Position numbers and translations under genes: made by a program. Shown here piece by piece: positions 9,029 through 13,162 of a stretch of 13,162 nucleotides of DNA (position 1 is the first letter of the stretch; each line of letters starts with the position of its first letter). The notes below the pieces were generated by a model. That model had not been told where the DNA came from. It searched no databases and saw only the letters and a program-made list of their open reading frames with translations. Origin of the DNA: Octopus sinensis (Eukaryota); NCBI RefSeq assembly GCF_006345805.1, contig NW_021826311.1, positions 1 through 13,162 on the forward strand, in the 5' to 3' direction.

Positions 9029-9468
9029 ATTATCCTTCCGGCGGATTTCATTATAAGGTGTCCTAGCTATAACATCATGTCTCATTGGTAGATAATACCG
9101 TGATGACATTTTCGCACAACTGCTTATAATGTGGGTGATATCTTCGGTGTTAACTCCACAAAGTCTGCATCGGTTGTCACATTTTACTGCTTTTCCCGCA
9201 TCTCTGTCCCTTTTGTGCATCAGGTATTTAGTTGATATTTCCTGCTCTTGGATTGCAAACGCATAACCTTCAAAATGGGAGGTAGTTATCCGGCTATTGG
9301 TAGACTGCTTTGATGATCGATGTTACTATCATCACGGAGCTTTCTACTAACATGTCCATGCATAGTCTTCTGCTCATATAGGCTCATCCTTTCATCTGAT
9401 GATGTGTTGCGTTAGAGTCGCGCGTCTTCTTTGGGCATGTATACTAGGTTATCAGGCAGTGTTGCTCA
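9029..9468 (-). mobile_element. Second fragment of the same LINE family, in inverted orientation
   Basis: CRLCGVNTEDITHIISSC...MRHDVIAR (CCHC knuckle and RHD motif). 9120-9468 is the reverse complement of 8704-9028 at roughly 85-90% identity by eye. Confidence 0.9.
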
Positions 9469-9469
9469 C

Positions 9470-9586
9470 GTATGTATGTATGTATGTATGTATGTATGTA
9501 TGTATGTATGTATGTATGTATGTATGTATATGTATGTATGTATATGTATATGAATATATATATGTGTGTGTGTGTGTGTGTGTATG
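9470..9586. repeat. (TATG)n then (TG)n microsatellite
   Basis: Directly visible. Confidence 0.95.
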
Positions 9587-9588
9587 TA

Positions 9589-10866
9589 TCAGGTCATCCC
9601 ATAAGTTCTGTCCGAATTTTAAATAAAGAAAACAAGTGATCAAATGTTATATTTAATTGAAATTTAATCATCAATGTACTTTCCCTGATTATCTATGACT
9701 TACTTCCATCTATTTACAAGCTTTTTAATCCCTTCAATGTAAAACTCTTTTGGTTTCAAAGCGAAGAACTCTGAAATGTCAGTTTCGACTTCCTCCTGGC
9801 TTGCCAAAGTTATGTCCCCCTAATAATTCTTTAAACTATGAAACAAATGGTAGTCTGAAGGAGCAAAGTCGGGAGAATAAGGTGGCTGAGGAATTTTTTC
9901 CCAGCCAAGTTCTTCGATCTTCTGTGATGTGATCTTTGCAGTGTGGGATCGCGCATTGTCCTGATGAAACATCACTCCTTTTCGATTCACTAAAGCGGGT
10001 TTTTTTTTCTTCAAAGCTTGGTTCAAACGCTCTAATTGCTGACAGTAGACTTGAGCAATGATTGTTGCATTAGGTGGTAACAATTCAAAGTGAAGTACTC
10101 CCTTTGAAATCCCACCAGATAGAAAGAACCTTTTTTCCATGAAGTTCCCTTCTCGGTTGTGGTTGAGCTTTTTCCCTTTTACCAAGTCACTGTTTACGAC
10201 GTTAAACATTTCGATTGAAGATCCATTTTTCTTCACCTGTCACAAGTCTATCCAAGAAGGGTGAAATGAGTTCTCGAGAATGGAGAGAAGAGCAGATGTC
10301 AACTCGGGATTTGCGGTTGCGGTTGCTTTCGGACAATTCACGAGGCACCCATTTTCCAAGTTTAGGAACCTTTCCAAGTTGTTGAAGATGACGATGAACA
10401 GTTGTATGGTTTGAACTAAGCTTTATTGCCAATTCTTCAACTCACCATGCAGGCTTTTCTTCAAGTAATACCTCATGGAGCTTATTAAAATCAACTGGAC
10501 GTCCTGTTAGATCTTCATTTTCAAGGCTGAAATCTCCACTTCTAAATTCTGCAAATTTCTTTCATTCAAGTATTCTTCCCCATAAACTGAGTGGTTGTTT
10601 CGAGTCGCTTCGGCTGCAGAGTTTCCCTTTTTTGTACTCATAAAGCATTATGTGCCTCAAATGCTCTTTGAATACTTCCATGTTAGAAAGGGTTTTAATG
10701 AAATAAATTTTAATTCTATTATCCTGTAAAATAATATTTAATTAGTTTAAATGTACACAAATGCATAAAAACAAGTTTTAATTTTCCATTAGACATTCTA
10801 AAATACTATTAAATTTCATTCAATTTTATAAAGGTAAAATCGGACAGAACCTATGGGATGACCTGA
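9589..10866 (-). mobile_element. Full-length mariner (DD34D) transposon, 1278 bp, with TIRs and TA target duplication
   Basis: Left TIR TCAGGTCATCCCATAAGTTCTGTCCGAATTTT; right TIR AAAATCGGACAGAACCTATGGGATGACCTGA; TA at 9587-9588 and 10867-10868. Confidence 0.95.
9664..10681 (-). pseudogene. Mariner transposase pseudogene
   Basis: MEVFKEHLRHIMLYEYKK start, WVPREL, VTGEEKW (first catalytic D replaced by E), HQDNAR and YSPDFAPSDYHLF with 34 residues between the last two Ds; frameshifts and internal stops. Confidence 0.92.
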
Positions 10867-11076
10867 TATATGTATATATATATATATAATAATGTACAAA
10901 CAATTTAAGTATTTGTACACGAAAGAGGTGACCCTTGATAAGACCTGTTACATGCTAGAAAGTCCAGTGAGAGCCCAAACCACAAATAAAACCAATTTCA
11001 AAAAGGAATGAAAATAAAAGATATTTTTCTAGTCACCCTCAGAATCGAGTCTCTGTATTAATGAGCAAATAAATTA

Positions 11077-11159
11077 ATTTGTCGTGTGTACTTCATCAGT
11101 GAGGTCGCTAAAATAAATACAATCTTAGCGACCTCTCTGATGAAGTACTGATGACAAAT
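11077..11159 (+). ncRNA. Candidate pri-miRNA hairpin
   Basis: Arms 11077-11111 and 11125-11159 form a stem of 9 bp, a 2x2 loop, 12 bp, a 1x1 mismatch and 11 bp, closed by a 13-nt A-rich terminal loop. Confidence 0.45.
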
Positions 11160-11259
11160 GATAAATGAAAGTATGTTGTCTATTGACTTTATTACGCATG
11201 CTAGCCTCCGGTATAAAGATTTTTCTAAATTTGCTACCCTTATTATTTTCACAGTTTAT

Positions 11260-11295
11260 ATATATATATACATTAATACATACATACATACACAA

Positions 11296-11355
<60 letters not shown>

Positions 11356-11611
11356 GATATATATATATATATATATAAAATACATATATATATATAGTAT
11401 ATACATGTATGTATATATATATATAAATGTGTGTGTGTATATATATGTATATATATATGTGTGTGTATATACATATATATATATATATGTATATACACGC
11501 ACACATATATATATACATGCATGTATGCATACATACATACATACATAAATACATACATTAATACATACATATGTGTGTGTGTGTGTGTGCGTGTGTGTGT
11601 GTGCGCGTGTG
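11260..11611. repeat. Compound (TA)/(CA)/(TACA)/(TG) microsatellite block
   Basis: Directly visible. Confidence 0.95.
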
Positions 11612-12293
11612 TAATTCCTTCCTAATTGATAATTTTAATTTTAACTTAAGTAGGAGATAATTAAGGAAGTATATTTTATACCCTGCTGGTGTACTGGTTA
11701 TATCCTTTAAAGTATTATTTCGTGATGTGCACACAGACACTCTGAGTTTACCTTCAGATATAATCATTAGGTTATTTTTTGTATTATCTGAAATACAATA
11801 CCCGCATATCTATGAATCCCCAAAACTGAATTAGTATTGATTTCTATTATATATTTTGTATATTTCTAGATAAATATATGATAAAAAAAGATCCTCAGGG
11901 TACGATATGCAGATGCACACATAATGCTAAAGGATTGTACCTGACTGATTCGGAAATTCGTTTTCCCAAATTATTTAAAGTTACACACATATACACACAC
12001 ACATATATATGAGTTAGAGGTTAGACAACCATCTAAGGGATAATAAATATCCAATATACTACTGGAGGGATAATATTTATATTCAAAGGCTTACTATGGC
12101 AAGGCAATAGTACAATTGGATAACAGGTACAAGTGGAGGTAAATAAAATTTTATCCAGAGTTTATAAGAGGCAAGGAAGAAAATGAAGATAAGACTCCAT
12201 TGACAAACATCAGCAAGATCCATTTATTAATTACAATCATAGGAATAAATAAATAAATGAATAAATGACTACTTCTTCCTTGCCTTATATATG

Positions 12294-12333
<40 letters not shown>

Positions 12334-12464
12334 CAAAATAAGCAACAAGAATGTGCTTATTTTTATTATAATCACCCCGCAAATTTTTATGGATAACACC
12401 ATACAAAATTCTGGTGCAACTCAGTTAAGTATCATATTCATTCGAATCTAATTTTGCTGAACTC

Positions 12465-12957
<493 letters not shown>

Positions 12958-13162
12958 ACTTGATAGGTTTCGGCCAGTAGGGCCCAGGCCATGTCTAACT
13001 TAATAGCACCACCTGGTCAAGTCATTCAGTCACATATTGAGTACCACGTCTCACTCTAGCAAAGGGTTATTATTGTTGAGACATACCCGGTGTGTGAGGT
13101 TTGTCCGGGATTTTTTGAAGAAATCTGTCCAGTGAACTTTCAATTTTATGGGAACCATTTCC

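Noticed and set aside
11137-11175. CTGATGA motifs followed by GAAA, suggesting a hammerhead or C/D snoRNA
   Set aside because: No stem II, stem III or cleavage triplet forms. The motif belongs to the hairpin arm, and box C would need RTGATGA.
12162-12288. Inverted repeat AGGCAAGGAAGA / TCTTCCTTGCCT about 90 bp apart
   Set aside because: Only 12-16 bp, with no TSD or internal pairing; compatible with chance or an unrecognisable MITE remnant.

Overview
This is a repeat-saturated, AT-rich eukaryotic (animal) non-coding window. The SINE families and the microsatellite density resemble octopus or other coleoid cephalopod DNA (inference). I found no intact host gene; most predicted ORFs are microsatellite or repeat artefacts. 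The window contains: a full-length but disrupted DD34D mariner (9589-10866); a decayed Tc1 transposase gene split by an RTE-tailed retroposon; fragments of R4/Dong-like RLE-type LINEs; two tRNA-derived SINE families; probable MITEs; and many microsatellites. The most notable items are structured RNA candidates: (1) a type I hammerhead ribozyme with a compensatory U3-A8 core, capping a long hairpin inside a 360-bp unit with a 22-bp terminal direct repeat (retrozyme or Penelope pLTR-like); (2) a second, degenerate hammerhead with an expanded stem II in a very AT-rich block; (3) a 35-bp-stem hairpin with pri-miRNA geometry in unique sequence. All alignments, counts and folds were done by eye.
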